A stretch of 64,000 nucleotides of DNA from a virus (taxonomy: Duplodnaviria; Heunggongvirae; Uroviricota; Caudoviricetes), in the IMG/VR virus record IMGVR_UViG_2627854143_000002; one strand, given 5' to 3'. Shown here in pieces: positions 18,438-27,545 of the stretch. Each line of letters starts with the position of its first letter. The stretch's first letter is position 1. The position numbers and the translations under genes are program-made. The notes beneath the pieces are model-generated. The model ran no database searches and was not told the origin of the DNA. It was given only the letters and a program-made list of their open reading frames with translations.

Positions 18438-18896
18438 ATGGCAGCAGAGAAGAGCAAGCGCACCAAGGCGCAGGGAACCAAGGTCGAGGTGTCGAAAGTT
18501 GCGTCGACCGATCTCGACGCGGCCGATCTGGTATTCGTCGATCTTAGTACGACGGGCAAACAGATTCAGTGGCAGGGCGGGCAGTCGGAAGAAATCGACG
18601 CGACGACGTTCGCGAGCGACGAAAAGGAATCGGAGCTCGGCTTGCCCGATCCGGGCGAGTTCTCGGTCGACGGCAATTACCAATCGAACGACGAAGGGCA
18701 GAACATTCTGCGTGCCGCGCGCGCGACAGGCGAAAAGCACGTGTTCCGTGTCACGTTCGCCGACAAATCGCAGTTTCTGTTCGCCGGCATGGTGCGTCAG
18801 TACACGTGGGCGGCGTCGGTCAATGGGCTGATTTCGACGACGTACAGCGTGCGCGTGAGCGGCTCGCCGAAGATCGTGCCACCGCTGGCGGCGTAA
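18438..18896 (+). CDS. major tail protein
   Basis: RBS GTGAGGGG; 152 aa; position before the chaperone/tape-measure genes. Confidence 0.65.
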   Translation: MAAEKSKRTKAQGTKVEVSKVASTDLDAADLVFVDLSTTGKQIQWQGGQSEEIDATTFASDEKESELGLPDPGEFSVDGNYQSNDEGQNILRAARATGEKHVFRVTFADKSQFLFAGMVRQYTWAASVNGLISTTYSVRVSGSPKIVPPLAA

Positions 18897-18917
18897 CTCC
18901 CCGATCGCAGATAGGAA

Positions 18918-19388
18918 ATGAGCATGGAAAACGAAAACCAAGGCGTGACGAGCCTGCGTGCAGCGGTGCTGAACCCGCTGACCGGTTGGCGGTACGAATT
19001 GATGAACATACCGGAATGGAATGGCGAAAAGATCGCAGTGCGCGAGCCGACGGTCGGCGACCGCATGTTCTGGATCGAAGCGCTTCGGGACATCGCCGGG
19101 GTAACGGAGGGCGACGACGAAACGGCGGTTCGCGAGAAGTTCACACGCGCGAGCGACGACGCGCACATGCAGGCGAATGCGCGGCTGTTCGTTCGTGTCG
19201 TGTTCGGTGAAATGCCGGATGGTTGGCGGCGGCTATTCTCGGACGACGATGCAACCGCGGTCGCGGCTGCGTTCGGCCCCGTGCACAACCGCATCGTCGT
19301 GAAGGCGCTCGAATTCGGCAAGCTCGACGTCGACCCGGTCGAAGACGCAAAAAAGCCTTCTGCCGAACCCCAGGCCTCCGCTTCCTGA
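18918..19388 (+). CDS. tail assembly chaperone (gpG-like)
   Basis: Immediately upstream of the tape measure gene; ends just after a slippery site. Confidence 0.6.
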   Translation: MSMENENQGVTSLRAAVLNPLTGWRYELMNIPEWNGEKIAVREPTVGDRMFWIEALRDIAGVTEGDDETAVREKFTRASDDAHMQANARLFVRVVFGEMPDGWRRLFSDDDATAVAAAFGPVHNRIVVKALEFGKLDVDPVEDAKKPSAEPQASAS

Positions 19389-19672
19389 TGTCGCTCGCGC
19401 TGCGGCTCGGCAAGACGTTGGCCGAGCTGTGCGAGCAGATGTCATCCGCCGAGCTGAGTCTCTGGATCGGGTACGACGCGGAATCGCCGGTTGCAGATGA
19501 TCGTGCGGATCTGCATGCGGCGATGATCGCGGCGGCGGCGTTTCAGTCGCAGGGCGCAAAGGTCAAGGTGTCGGACATGATGCCAAGATGGTCCGGCGAG
19601 CCCGCGACGGCGGAGGGAGAGGAAGGGGGCGGCGATCCGTTTCAAGCCGCCCTGATGCGCATGGCGAAGTAG
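18918..19672 (+). CDS. tail assembly chaperone GT-like fusion via programmed -1 frameshift at 19349-19355
   Basis: The -1 frame is open from the slip site to 19672 with protein-like sequence. Confidence 0.5.
19349..19355 (+). promoter_or_regulatory. programmed -1 ribosomal frameshift heptamer A_AAA_AAG
   Basis: GC-A AAA AAG in the zero frame of the chaperone ORF. Confidence 0.6.
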
Positions 19673-19685
19673 GCGAGAACACACT

Positions 19686-22600
19686 ATGGCAACAAGCCTT
19701 CGCGAGCTGATCGTCAGCGTTACGGCGAATACGACCGAATACGACCGCCGCATGCGCGGTCTCTCGTCGACGGCCGGCTCGTATTTCAATGCGGTGCGCG
19801 ACGGCGGGCGCACAGCGGATGCGGCGTTTGCCTCGAACGCCGCAAGCGTGCAGGTCACGGTGCGCGCGCTCGACGCGGCGCGCAGTTCGATCCGCGAATA
19901 CGCACAAGCCGCCGCAGCGGCGTTCGGCGTGCATCAGTTGATCGAGTACGCCGACGAATGGACGAACCTGAGCAATCGCCTTCGGATCGTCACGCGTGAC
20001 CAGATCGATTTCGCGATTGCGCAGAACGACGTGCTGCGCATCGCGCGCGACACACGGCAACCGCTCGACGCGACAGCCGAGCTGTATCAGCGGATCGCAA
20101 ACAACGCGTCGCATCTCGGGTTGTCTATCAAACAGGTCGGCCCGCTTGTCACCACGATCAGCAAGGCGGTCGCGTTGTCGGGTGTCTCGGCAGATACTGC
20201 TCGTATGGGGCTCGTGCAGCTTGGACAAGCGTTCGCGGCGGGGCAGTTGCGCGGTCAGGATCTGAATAGCGTGCTCGAAGAGTTGCCGGGTGTCGCGGAT
20301 GCTATCGCGCGCGGCATGGGCAAGAGTTCGGCGCAGCTCAAATCGATGGCCGAAGAGGGAAAGCTGACCGTCGGTAATCTCGTCGAGGCGCTGACGCGCG
20401 CGGCGGGCGGCACGGATACGCTGTTCGAGAAAATGCAGACGACGGTCGGGCAGACGATGACGCGCCTGCAGACGGAGATCGTCAAGTATATCGGCGAGTC
20501 GGATCAAGCGACGGGCGCGAGCGCGAGGCTTGCGCAGGGGATCACGTACGTCGCAGAGCACCTCGACGGCATCGTGAAACTCGGCGTGTCGCTCGCGGCC
20601 GGGCGGATTGCCGTGTACTTTGGGCAATCCGCAGTCGCGGCGACGCAGGCGGCGACAGCGTGGGTCGGCGCCCGGCGAGCGCTCGTCGAGGAGACGATCA
20701 AGCAACACGAGGCGGCGCAGGCAGCGCTCGCCAAAGCGCAGGGCGATCGCGCTGCCGCGGCGGCGAAGCTTCAGAACGCGCAAGCGGCGGAGGCTTCAGC
20801 GCAGGCCGAGCTCGCGGGCATGCGAGCGATGCGCGAAAGCCTTGCGATGCAGTCGGCATTGACGGCTGGCTCGATCAAGTACACGGAAGCGAAGCTTGCC
20901 GAAGCGCGGGCGGTCGAGGCGACGGCGCAAGCTCACGTCGCAACGGCGCGCGCCAACGTCGCCGGCAGTCAGGAAATCGGCGCGCGCATCACGGGCACGC
21001 CCTACGCGGCGATCATCGCTCGCGAGACGGCAGCCGCACAGCAGGAGCTCGAGCGCGCCGAAGCGTCGCTCGCGCTCGCGCAGCAGCGGCGTACGGCGCT
21101 TGAGGCGGCAGCGAAGCAAGGCACGATCGACAAAGCGCGTTATACGGCGTCGCTGGCCGAGACGGACCGCGGCCTTGCGCAAGCCGAGCGTGATGTCGCG
21201 CTTGCCACGCAGGCTCGTGAGCGAGCGGAACGCGCGGCGACCGCGACCGCGGCGGGTCTGAAGACGGCGACCGAAAGCGCGGCGACGGCGCAGACGGCGC
21301 TCGCGCGTACGGGCACGATGATGCGCTCGGTTGGTTCCGGCTTGCTGGCGGCGGTCGGCGGCTTACCGGGAATTCTGGCGACCGTGGGCACGGTGGCGCT
21401 TGGGGCTGCCGCGAACTGGCTGCTGTTTCGCGACAACGCGAGCAGCGCGACGTCGAGTCTGATCGACATGCAGGCGCCGCTCGATCAGATCATCGACAAA
21501 TATCGGCAACTGACGCCGCTGTTACAGGAATCTGAGCGGCTGCGCACGAAGCAAGAGGCGTCGCGGGCGGCCGATGACGCGCAGTCGGCATATCGGAGTT
21601 TGGCGACGCGGGCGGCGCAAAGTGTCATGGTGCCGACGTTTGGCGATGCGCCGTCGGTGGTCTCGGATGCCGATCAGGCAGCGCTCGATCGATTCCTCGC
21701 CGGCCTGGATCGCCTCAAGACGTCGAACCTCGGCGTCGACGAGAAATCGCGCGAGATCGGGCGACTGATTGACCGCTTCGTGTCGGCGACGAGCGGCGGC
21801 GAAGCGCTGCGCGAGGAACTGGTGCGCGCCGCGGGCGCGATCGACACGGCGGGCCTCGCTTCGCAGAAAGGCGCACAGGCACTCGCTGCAATGGATGCTG
21901 CGGCAAGGGGGGCCGCCGAGGGCGTTCGGCTGCTTTCTGACGCGAACAACTTCTTCGCCAGCGGAATGGCATCGGAGGCGTGGGAGAAATATGTCCACAA
22001 GCTCAGGGAAGAATCCGACGTCATCGGTATGACGGCCCGCCAGAAGGCCGAGTACGAAGCGCGGACGAAGGGCGCGAATGATGCGCAGGCCCGCATGGCC
22101 GGCCTCGTCGCCGGACGAGCGGACGCATACAAGTCGCTCGAAAAAGCGATTGCCGACAAGGATGCGAAAGCCGCAGCGGGGGCGCGAACCAACATCGACA
22201 ATCTGACGCGCGAGCTCGCGCTGATGAATCAGCAGATGGTGGTCGCGAAGGCGCTTGAGGAGTTCCAAGCCGATCTGTCGAGCAAGAAGTTCGAGAAATT
22301 CGGCTTCAATGCTGACGCAGCTCGCGCCGCGGCCGCCGCGCGCGGAAAGCAAGCCTTCGACGAGACGGTCGCCTCTGCCTCTGCACAGACAGCACGTGTG
22401 TCGACCAACGCGGCAGCGGCTCGCGCGGCGAAGGGGGGCGGTGTTCATTCGCTGGAAAGCGAGCGCATGCTCGACAACATCCGGCAGCGGATCGCGCAAC
22501 TGCGCGTCGAGGCGGTCGCAACCGACAAGCTGACGCAGTCGCAAAAGGATCTCCTCGCGTTCGATCAAAAGGTGACGGATCTGCGCAGCAAGCGCAAGAA

Positions 22601-23750
22601 GCTGTCGGACGACGACAAGAGCCTGCTTCGCGATCAGCAGGCGATTCGCGGGATGTACGAGCAAGCGTCGCAACTGGAAAAGGAGGTGCGCTATCGCGAC
22701 GCGATCAACAAGCTGAAGGAGCGCAGTGCGCAGATCGACGCGGAGCTCGGTGACTACGCGGCCGAGCGTCAGCGTGACGTGCAGCGCGAACTCGGGGCGA
22801 TGTCGATGGGTGACAACGCGCGCGAGCTGAATCAGGCCATCAATCGCGTGGGCGACGAGTTTCGCCGTCGACGGGACGAACTGACGAAGGGCGCGCGAAA
22901 GGACGGCACGCTTGGCTCGCCCGAGTACATCGCCGAGATCGAGCGCATCAACGCAGCAGAGGCGGAGCAGGTCGCGCGCGAGCGCGGCTATCTCGAGCAG
23001 CGGCTCGCATTGCAGGCCGACTGGCGCGTCGGCGTGAAGCGGGCGATGGCGGTCTATCAGGAATCCGCGCAGAACGCAGCGCAGATGGCCGAGGAGGCGC
23101 TGACGAGTTCGTTCCGCAATGCCGAGGATGCACTCGTGTCGTTCGCGGCGTCGGGCAAGCTCAATTTCCGCGGACTGATTGACAGCATGATCGCCGACCT
23201 CGCGCGGTTTTCGGCGCGTGCGGCGATGTCTCAGGTGTTCGGAGCGATCGGCTCCGCTTTGGGATTCGGCGGTGTCTCTGATGCCGTCGGCGCGCTCGGT
23301 GGTGCGGCAAGCGCGGCTGTCGGCTCGAACGCCTACGGCTTTCATCTCGCGACGGGCGGGGCGGTGTGGGGACCGGGCACGTCCACGAGCGACAGCATCC
23401 CGGCGCAGCTTTCGAACGGCGAGTTCGTGGTCCGCGCCGCAGTGGTGTCGCAGCCGGGCGTGCGCGCACACCTTGAGCGATTGAACGCAGGGGGGCGATC
23501 CGGCTTCGCGCGATTCGCCGCGGGTGGGCTCGTTGGCGGTAGCGCGGGAGGAGGGGATTCGCCGGCGCGCAACGGCGGGATCTCGGTCAGCGCGCCAGTT
23601 TCGATCGAGGGCGGATCGTTGAACCCCGCGAGCCTGATCGCGGTTGGGGAGTTCCGAAAGATGCTGGAACAGATGATACGCGAGCTCATACAACGTGAAC
23701 GCCGGCAGGGCGGAACCTTGTGGAGAGCGCAAAACGGGATTGCAGGATGA
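19686..23750 (+). CDS. tail tape measure protein
   Basis: 1354 aa, Ala-rich coiled coil, Gly-rich C-terminus. Confidence 0.9.
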   Translation: MATSLRELIVSVTANTTEYDRRMRGLSSTAGSYFNAVRDGGRTADAAFASNAASVQVTVRALDAARSSIREYAQAAAAAFGVHQLIEYADEWTNLSNRLRIVTRDQIDFAIAQNDVLRIARDTRQPLDATAELYQRIANNASHLGLSIKQVGPLVTTISKAVALSGVSADTARMGLVQLGQAFAAGQLRGQDLNSVLEELPGVADAIARGMGKSSAQLKSMAEEGKLTVGNLVEALTRAAGGTDTLFEKMQTTVGQTMTRLQTEIVKYIGESDQATGASARLAQGITYVAEHLDGIVKLGVSLAAGRIAVYFGQSAVAATQAATAWVGARRALVEETIKQHEAAQAALAKAQGDRAAAAAKLQNAQAAEASAQAELAGMRAMRESLAMQSALTAGSIKYTEAKLAEARAVEATAQAHVATARANVAGSQEIGARITGTPYAAIIARETAAAQQELERAEASLALAQQRRTALEAAAKQGTIDKARYTASLAETDRGLAQAERDVALATQARERAERAATATAAGLKTATESAATAQTALARTGTMMRSVGSGLLAAVGGLPGILATVGTVALGAAANWLLFRDNASSATSSLIDMQAPLDQIIDKYRQLTPLLQESERLRTKQEASRAADDAQSAYRSLATRAAQSVMVPTFGDAPSVVSDADQAALDRFLAGLDRLKTSNLGVDEKSREIGRLIDRFVSATSGGEALREELVRAAGAIDTAGLASQKGAQALAAMDAAARGAAEGVRLLSDANNFFASGMASEAWEKYVHKLREESDVIGMTARQKAEYEARTKGANDAQARMAGLVAGRADAYKSLEKAIADKDAKAAAGARTNIDNLTRELALMNQQMVVAKALEEFQADLSSKKFEKFGFNADAARAAAAARGKQAFDETVASASAQTARVSTNAAAARAAKGGGVHSLESERMLDNIRQRIAQLRVEAVATDKLTQSQKDLLAFDQKVTDLRSKRKKLSDDDKSLLRDQQAIRGMYEQASQLEKEVRYRDAINKLKERSAQIDAELGDYAAERQRDVQRELGAMSMGDNARELNQAINRVGDEFRRRRDELTKGARKDGTLGSPEYIAEIERINAAEAEQVARERGYLEQRLALQADWRVGVKRAMAVYQESAQNAAQMAEEALTSSFRNAEDALVSFAASGKLNFRGLIDSMIADLARFSARAAMSQVFGAIGSALGFGGVSDAVGALGGAASAAVGSNAYGFHLATGGAVWGPGTSTSDSIPAQLSNGEFVVRAAVVSQPGVRAHLERLNAGGRSGFARFAAGGLVGGSAGGGDSPARNGGISVSAPVSIEGGSLNPASLIAVGEFRKMLEQMIRELIQRERRQGGTLWRAQNGIAG

Positions 23751-24085
23751 AAGACACATTTGAATGGCCGTCGACGGTACAAGGGCACGGCGGCGATACG
23801 ACGCTGCGTGTGCGCAAAGCCCAGTTCGGCGACGGCTACACCCAGCGGGCCGCGGACGGCCTGAATAATCGCGAATCGACATTCAATCTGCGGTTTGTCG
23901 GTAACGCGGCGAAGGTTGCCGCGATCATCGATTTCCTCGATCGGCATGCGGGCGCGGAGTCGTTCTACTGGACGCCGCCGCTTCGCGCCCGCGGACTCTT
24001 CGTCTGCGAAAAGTACTGCGAGCCGATCAAGAACGGCGCCGTCTACACGATGACGGCGCAGTTCGAAGAGACGTTCTCTGTATAG
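23747..24085 (+). CDS. minor tail protein (lambda gpM-like)
   Basis: ATGA overlap with tape-measure stop; 112 aa. Confidence 0.5.
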   Translation: MKDTFEWPSTVQGHGGDTTLRVRKAQFGDGYTQRAADGLNNRESTFNLRFVGNAAKVAAIIDFLDRHAGAESFYWTPPLRARGLFVCEKYCEPIKNGAVYTMTAQFEETFSV

Positions 24086-24093
24086 GAGTTCAG

Positions 24094-25482
24094 ATGTCGA
24101 TACTTCAAAAAATCGTCTTGGGCGAGCCACCCAGCGGAAGTGGCGGCGACAACAACCGCGTCGCGCACATCAAGACGAACGAGAATTTCGGTGTAGTCGA
24201 ACGTTCGACTCCGCTCGATCTCAGGTATCTCAACGATAGTACGAACCTGACGCCGGACGATATCGGAAAGCGGTTCGGGATTTGGATGACCGAGCCGGGA
24301 AAGGAAGTCGGGTTTCCGCTCGCGTCGTCCGTGCCGCCAAATTCCTGTATTCACTTGTTCAACGTTCAGGGAAGGGTCGTGATCAAGTTTCAAGCCGGCG
24401 ACCTGTCTCAACTGAACGTGCTGAATGCCGGCGACTGGGTGAAGTACGTGTCGGACGGTGTGAAGAACTGGCACGTCGCCGAGCGCGGTCGAATGATGTG
24501 GGACGAGGTTGTCGGCGGCAAGCTGACGGTGGGGGGCGATCTGTCTGCGGCGGTTCAAAGCGACGAAGGCCACCTTGTGCTTGGCAAGATGCCCGGCTAT
24601 TTCTACGGAAATAGCGGGTCGGTGGGGTGGTGGTCTTTAGACGCCGGAGGATCGTACCAATACCTACTCAGCGACCATACGTTTCGTGTCAACGACGAGG
24701 TAGTCGCAGTGTGCGACAAGGGGAACGCTCTTCGATTCGACTGGGGGAAGAAGACGGCTGGCCAGCTCGGGGCGACGGTCGACGGAAAATACCTCGGCTA
24801 TCTCTGGCACAGCGGCAACCTTGCACAACCGATGACGCTTGACACACCGCAGTACGTCGGGACGAAGAAGACGTTTACGCAGGCGCAGGAAATCGCCGTC
24901 GGTGCCACCGGGCTTCATACGCAAGCGTCGCTATACCTGAACGGGATGGGCGGCCTCAGCTATCTTGGATTCTCCGGGTTGAACAACACAGTTGGCGCGC
25001 AGTTTCGGATTTCCAGCAACACCTCGGTCGCCGAATTGCAGTGCGTCAACTACAACGCTACAACGTTCGGGGTGTTGACCGCTTCGAATTTCAATCAGGC
25101 GTCCGATCGTGCTTTCAAATCCGATATCCAGACGCTTGAGAACGTAATGGCGCGGCTGCGCGGTAAGCGGGGCGTGACGTTTCTGCAAAAGAGCAGTCCG
25201 GAAGCGGGGCGACAGGCTGGCGTCATCGCAAACGAGTGGTGGGATTTCCCGGAACTGCTCGGCGAGGGGCCCGAGATCGACGAGGACGGCGATTTCATCG
25301 TGCGTCAGTACGACGAGAGAGGCAAGGAAATTTTCGGCGAGAGCGGGCCGTCGAAGGGGCGGCCGTCGCTGACCTTCCGTTACACGAATGCCGTCGGCGT
25401 GCTGTTGGCCGGCTTGCTCGAGACGGATGCGGCGTTACAGGACGCGCTCAGGCGGATTGCGGAATTGGAGGCGGCGAAGTGA
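24094..25482 (+). CDS. tail fibre protein with C-terminal peptidase S74 intramolecular chaperone domain
   Basis: C-terminal SDRAFKSDIQTLENVMARL (S74 SDxRLKxNI-like); N-terminus has the fibre motif NRVAHIKTNENF; RBS TAGGAG. Confidence 0.6.
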   Translation: MSILQKIVLGEPPSGSGGDNNRVAHIKTNENFGVVERSTPLDLRYLNDSTNLTPDDIGKRFGIWMTEPGKEVGFPLASSVPPNSCIHLFNVQGRVVIKFQAGDLSQLNVLNAGDWVKYVSDGVKNWHVAERGRMMWDEVVGGKLTVGGDLSAAVQSDEGHLVLGKMPGYFYGNSGSVGWWSLDAGGSYQYLLSDHTFRVNDEVVAVCDKGNALRFDWGKKTAGQLGATVDGKYLGYLWHSGNLAQPMTLDTPQYVGTKKTFTQAQEIAVGATGLHTQASLYLNGMGGLSYLGFSGLNNTVGAQFRISSNTSVAELQCVNYNATTFGVLTASNFNQASDRAFKSDIQTLENVMARLRGKRGVTFLQKSSPEAGRQAGVIANEWWDFPELLGEGPEIDEDGDFIVRQYDERGKEIFGESGPSKGRPSLTFRYTNAVGVLLAGLLETDAALQDALRRIAELEAAK

Positions 25483-26162
25483 GCATATCGGCAGACGTCC
25501 AACAGCTGGAGCCGGGCCGTCTGATCGAGCTCTTCGAAGTCGACTGCACGGAAATTGGTGCCGACGTGTTGCGCTTTCACGGGCATCTTCAGTCAACGCC
25601 GATCGTGTGGCAGGGGCACGAGTACCGGCCATGGCCGATTCAGGCTGCGGGCTTCGAGCAGACATCCGACGCGCAGCAGCCATCGCCGACGCTGCGGGTG
25701 GGGGACATCAACGGAACGATTTCGGCGCTGTGCGTTGCGCTTGGCGATCTCGTCGGCGCGAAAGTGTTCCGGCGCCGAACGCTCGCACGCTACCTCGACG
25801 CCGTGAACTTTCCGGCCGGCAATCCGACGGCGGACCCGCACGAGGAAATGCCGCCGCAGCAGTGGCGGATCGAGCAAAAGAGCGACGAGCAGCCGGGATT
25901 GCACGTCGAATTCACGCTGTCGTCGCCGCTCGACTTTGGCGGCCAGCAACTGCCGAAGCGGCAGATCATTTCGATCTGCCAATGGGGGTATCGCGGTCCT
26001 GAGTGCGGCTATATCGGTGCGGCGTGTTTCGATAAGGACGACAACCCGGTAAGCGATCCCGCGCTCGATCGATGCAGCAAGAAGATCAGCGGTTGCGAAC
26101 GTCGATTTGGCGTGAATAACCCGCTGCCGCTTGGTGGCTTCCTGTGCGACACGATGGCCTGA
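25479..26162 (+). CDS. minor tail protein L
   Basis: C-terminal Cys cluster CQWGYRGPECGY...C...C as in lambda L; GTG start overlapping upstream stop. Confidence 0.7.
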   Translation: MSISADVQQLEPGRLIELFEVDCTEIGADVLRFHGHLQSTPIVWQGHEYRPWPIQAAGFEQTSDAQQPSPTLRVGDINGTISALCVALGDLVGAKVFRRRTLARYLDAVNFPAGNPTADPHEEMPPQQWRIEQKSDEQPGLHVEFTLSSPLDFGGQQLPKRQIISICQWGYRGPECGYIGAACFDKDDNPVSDPALDRCSKKISGCERRFGVNNPLPLGGFLCDTMA

Positions 26163-26211
26163 CGCACGAACCAATTTCGATATGAGGACCCGCCACACGG
26201 CGGGTTTTTTT

Positions 26212-26964
26212 ATGGACGAACAGATCAAGAACGCTATCGCGGCGCACGCGCTGGCCGAGTACCCGCGCGAGTGCTGCGGGCTCGTTGTGAAGACCGAGAG
26301 CGGCGAGATATACGTGCGCTGCCGCAACCTCGCGGCCGCACCAACCGACCAGTTCGCGCTCGCAGCGGAGGACTACGCAGCGGCCGAAGACATGGGCGAG
26401 ATTGTCGCTCTCGTTCATTCGCATCCCGGCGCATCGGCACAGCCGACCGACGAGGACCGCACGATGTGCGGGCGCAGCGGCATCGCGAAATGGGTGATCG
26501 TGTCGCTCGGCGTGCAGGCCGATGGCTCGATCGGCATCGACGACTGGTGCGAATTCGAGCCGGGAGGCTACGTCGCGCGACTAGTCGGCCGCCAGTTCGT
26601 CCATGGCGTGCACGACTGCTACGCGATCGTGCGCGACTGGTATCTCGCCGAGCACGGCGTCGCGCTACCCGACTTCGAGCGCGAGGACGAGTGGTGGAAC
26701 GATGGCCGATCGAATCTCTACCTCAACCACTATCAGGACGCTGGCTTTCTCGACGTCGGCCGCGACGTGACGTTGCAGGTCGGCGACGTGCTGCTGATGC
26801 AGATCCGCAGCAAGAACGGTGTGCCGAATCACGCGGGCGTGTATCTCGGTGACGGGCAATTCCTGCACCACATGCACGGGCGTCTGTCGACGCGCGCGGT
26901 GTGGGGCGGAATGTGGGCCGACAACTGCACGACGGTGCTGCGCTACGTGGGAGACAGGAAGTGA
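26212..26964 (+). CDS. tail assembly protein K (MPN/JAB plus NlpC/P60 domains)
   Basis: JAMM motif HSHP..S.PT.ED; NlpC/P60 segment QVGDVLLMQ...HAGVYLGDGQFLHH. Confidence 0.8.
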   Translation: MDEQIKNAIAAHALAEYPRECCGLVVKTESGEIYVRCRNLAAAPTDQFALAAEDYAAAEDMGEIVALVHSHPGASAQPTDEDRTMCGRSGIAKWVIVSLGVQADGSIGIDDWCEFEPGGYVARLVGRQFVHGVHDCYAIVRDWYLAEHGVALPDFEREDEWWNDGRSNLYLNHYQDAGFLDVGRDVTLQVGDVLLMQIRSKNGVPNHAGVYLGDGQFLHHMHGRLSTRAVWGGMWADNCTTVLRYVGDRK

Positions 26965-27545
26965 GCGAGACGCTTCGCATGATAAGGCTGTACGGCACGC
27001 TCGGCGTGCGTTTCGGACGCATTCACCGCCTTGCCGTCTCGTCGACCGCAGAGGCGGTGCGCGCGCTATCGGTGCTGATTCCCGGCTTCCGTGCGTTCCT
27101 GACGTCGGCGCGCGACGCCGGCCTCACGTTCGCCGTGTTCAACGGCCGGCGCAATCTCGACGAGGACGAGCTCGAGCATCCGGTCGGGCGCGACGAGATC
27201 CGCATTGCGCCGGTAATCGTCGGCAGTAAGCGCGGCGGGCTCTTCAACACGATTCTCGGCGCCGCACTCGTTGCCGTTGGCGCGGTGGCGACGTTCGGTT
27301 TCGCGCAGCCGTGGGGCACATCGCTGATGGGGCTCGGCGCGTCGATGGCGCTGGGCGGCATCGTGCAGATGCTCAGTCCGCAACAGGCCGGCCTCGCGGG
27401 GACGGCGAACAACGGCACGTCGTACTACTTCAACGGACCCGTGAACAGCGCTGCGCAGGGCGAGCCGGTGCCGCTCGTCATCGGCGAAATGGTCGTCGGC
27501 TCGAAGGTGGTCAGTTCGGGAATCTATGCGGAGGATCAGGTTTGA
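26961..27545 (+). CDS. tail assembly protein I
   Basis: MIRLYGTLGVRFG N-terminus; Gly/Ala-rich hydrophobic C-terminus. Confidence 0.7.
   Translation: MSETLRMIRLYGTLGVRFGRIHRLAVSSTAEAVRALSVLIPGFRAFLTSARDAGLTFAVFNGRRNLDEDELEHPVGRDEIRIAPVIVGSKRGGLFNTILGAALVAVGAVATFGFAQPWGTSLMGLGASMALGGIVQMLSPQQAGLAGTANNGTSYYFNGPVNSAAQGEPVPLVIGEMVVGSKVVSSGIYAEDQV

Noticed and set aside
25236-26162. ATG 25236 as the start of the tail protein L ORF.
   Set aside because: It would overlap 246 bp of the upstream fibre gene. GTG 25479, directly after the fibre stop, matches the gpL N-terminus.
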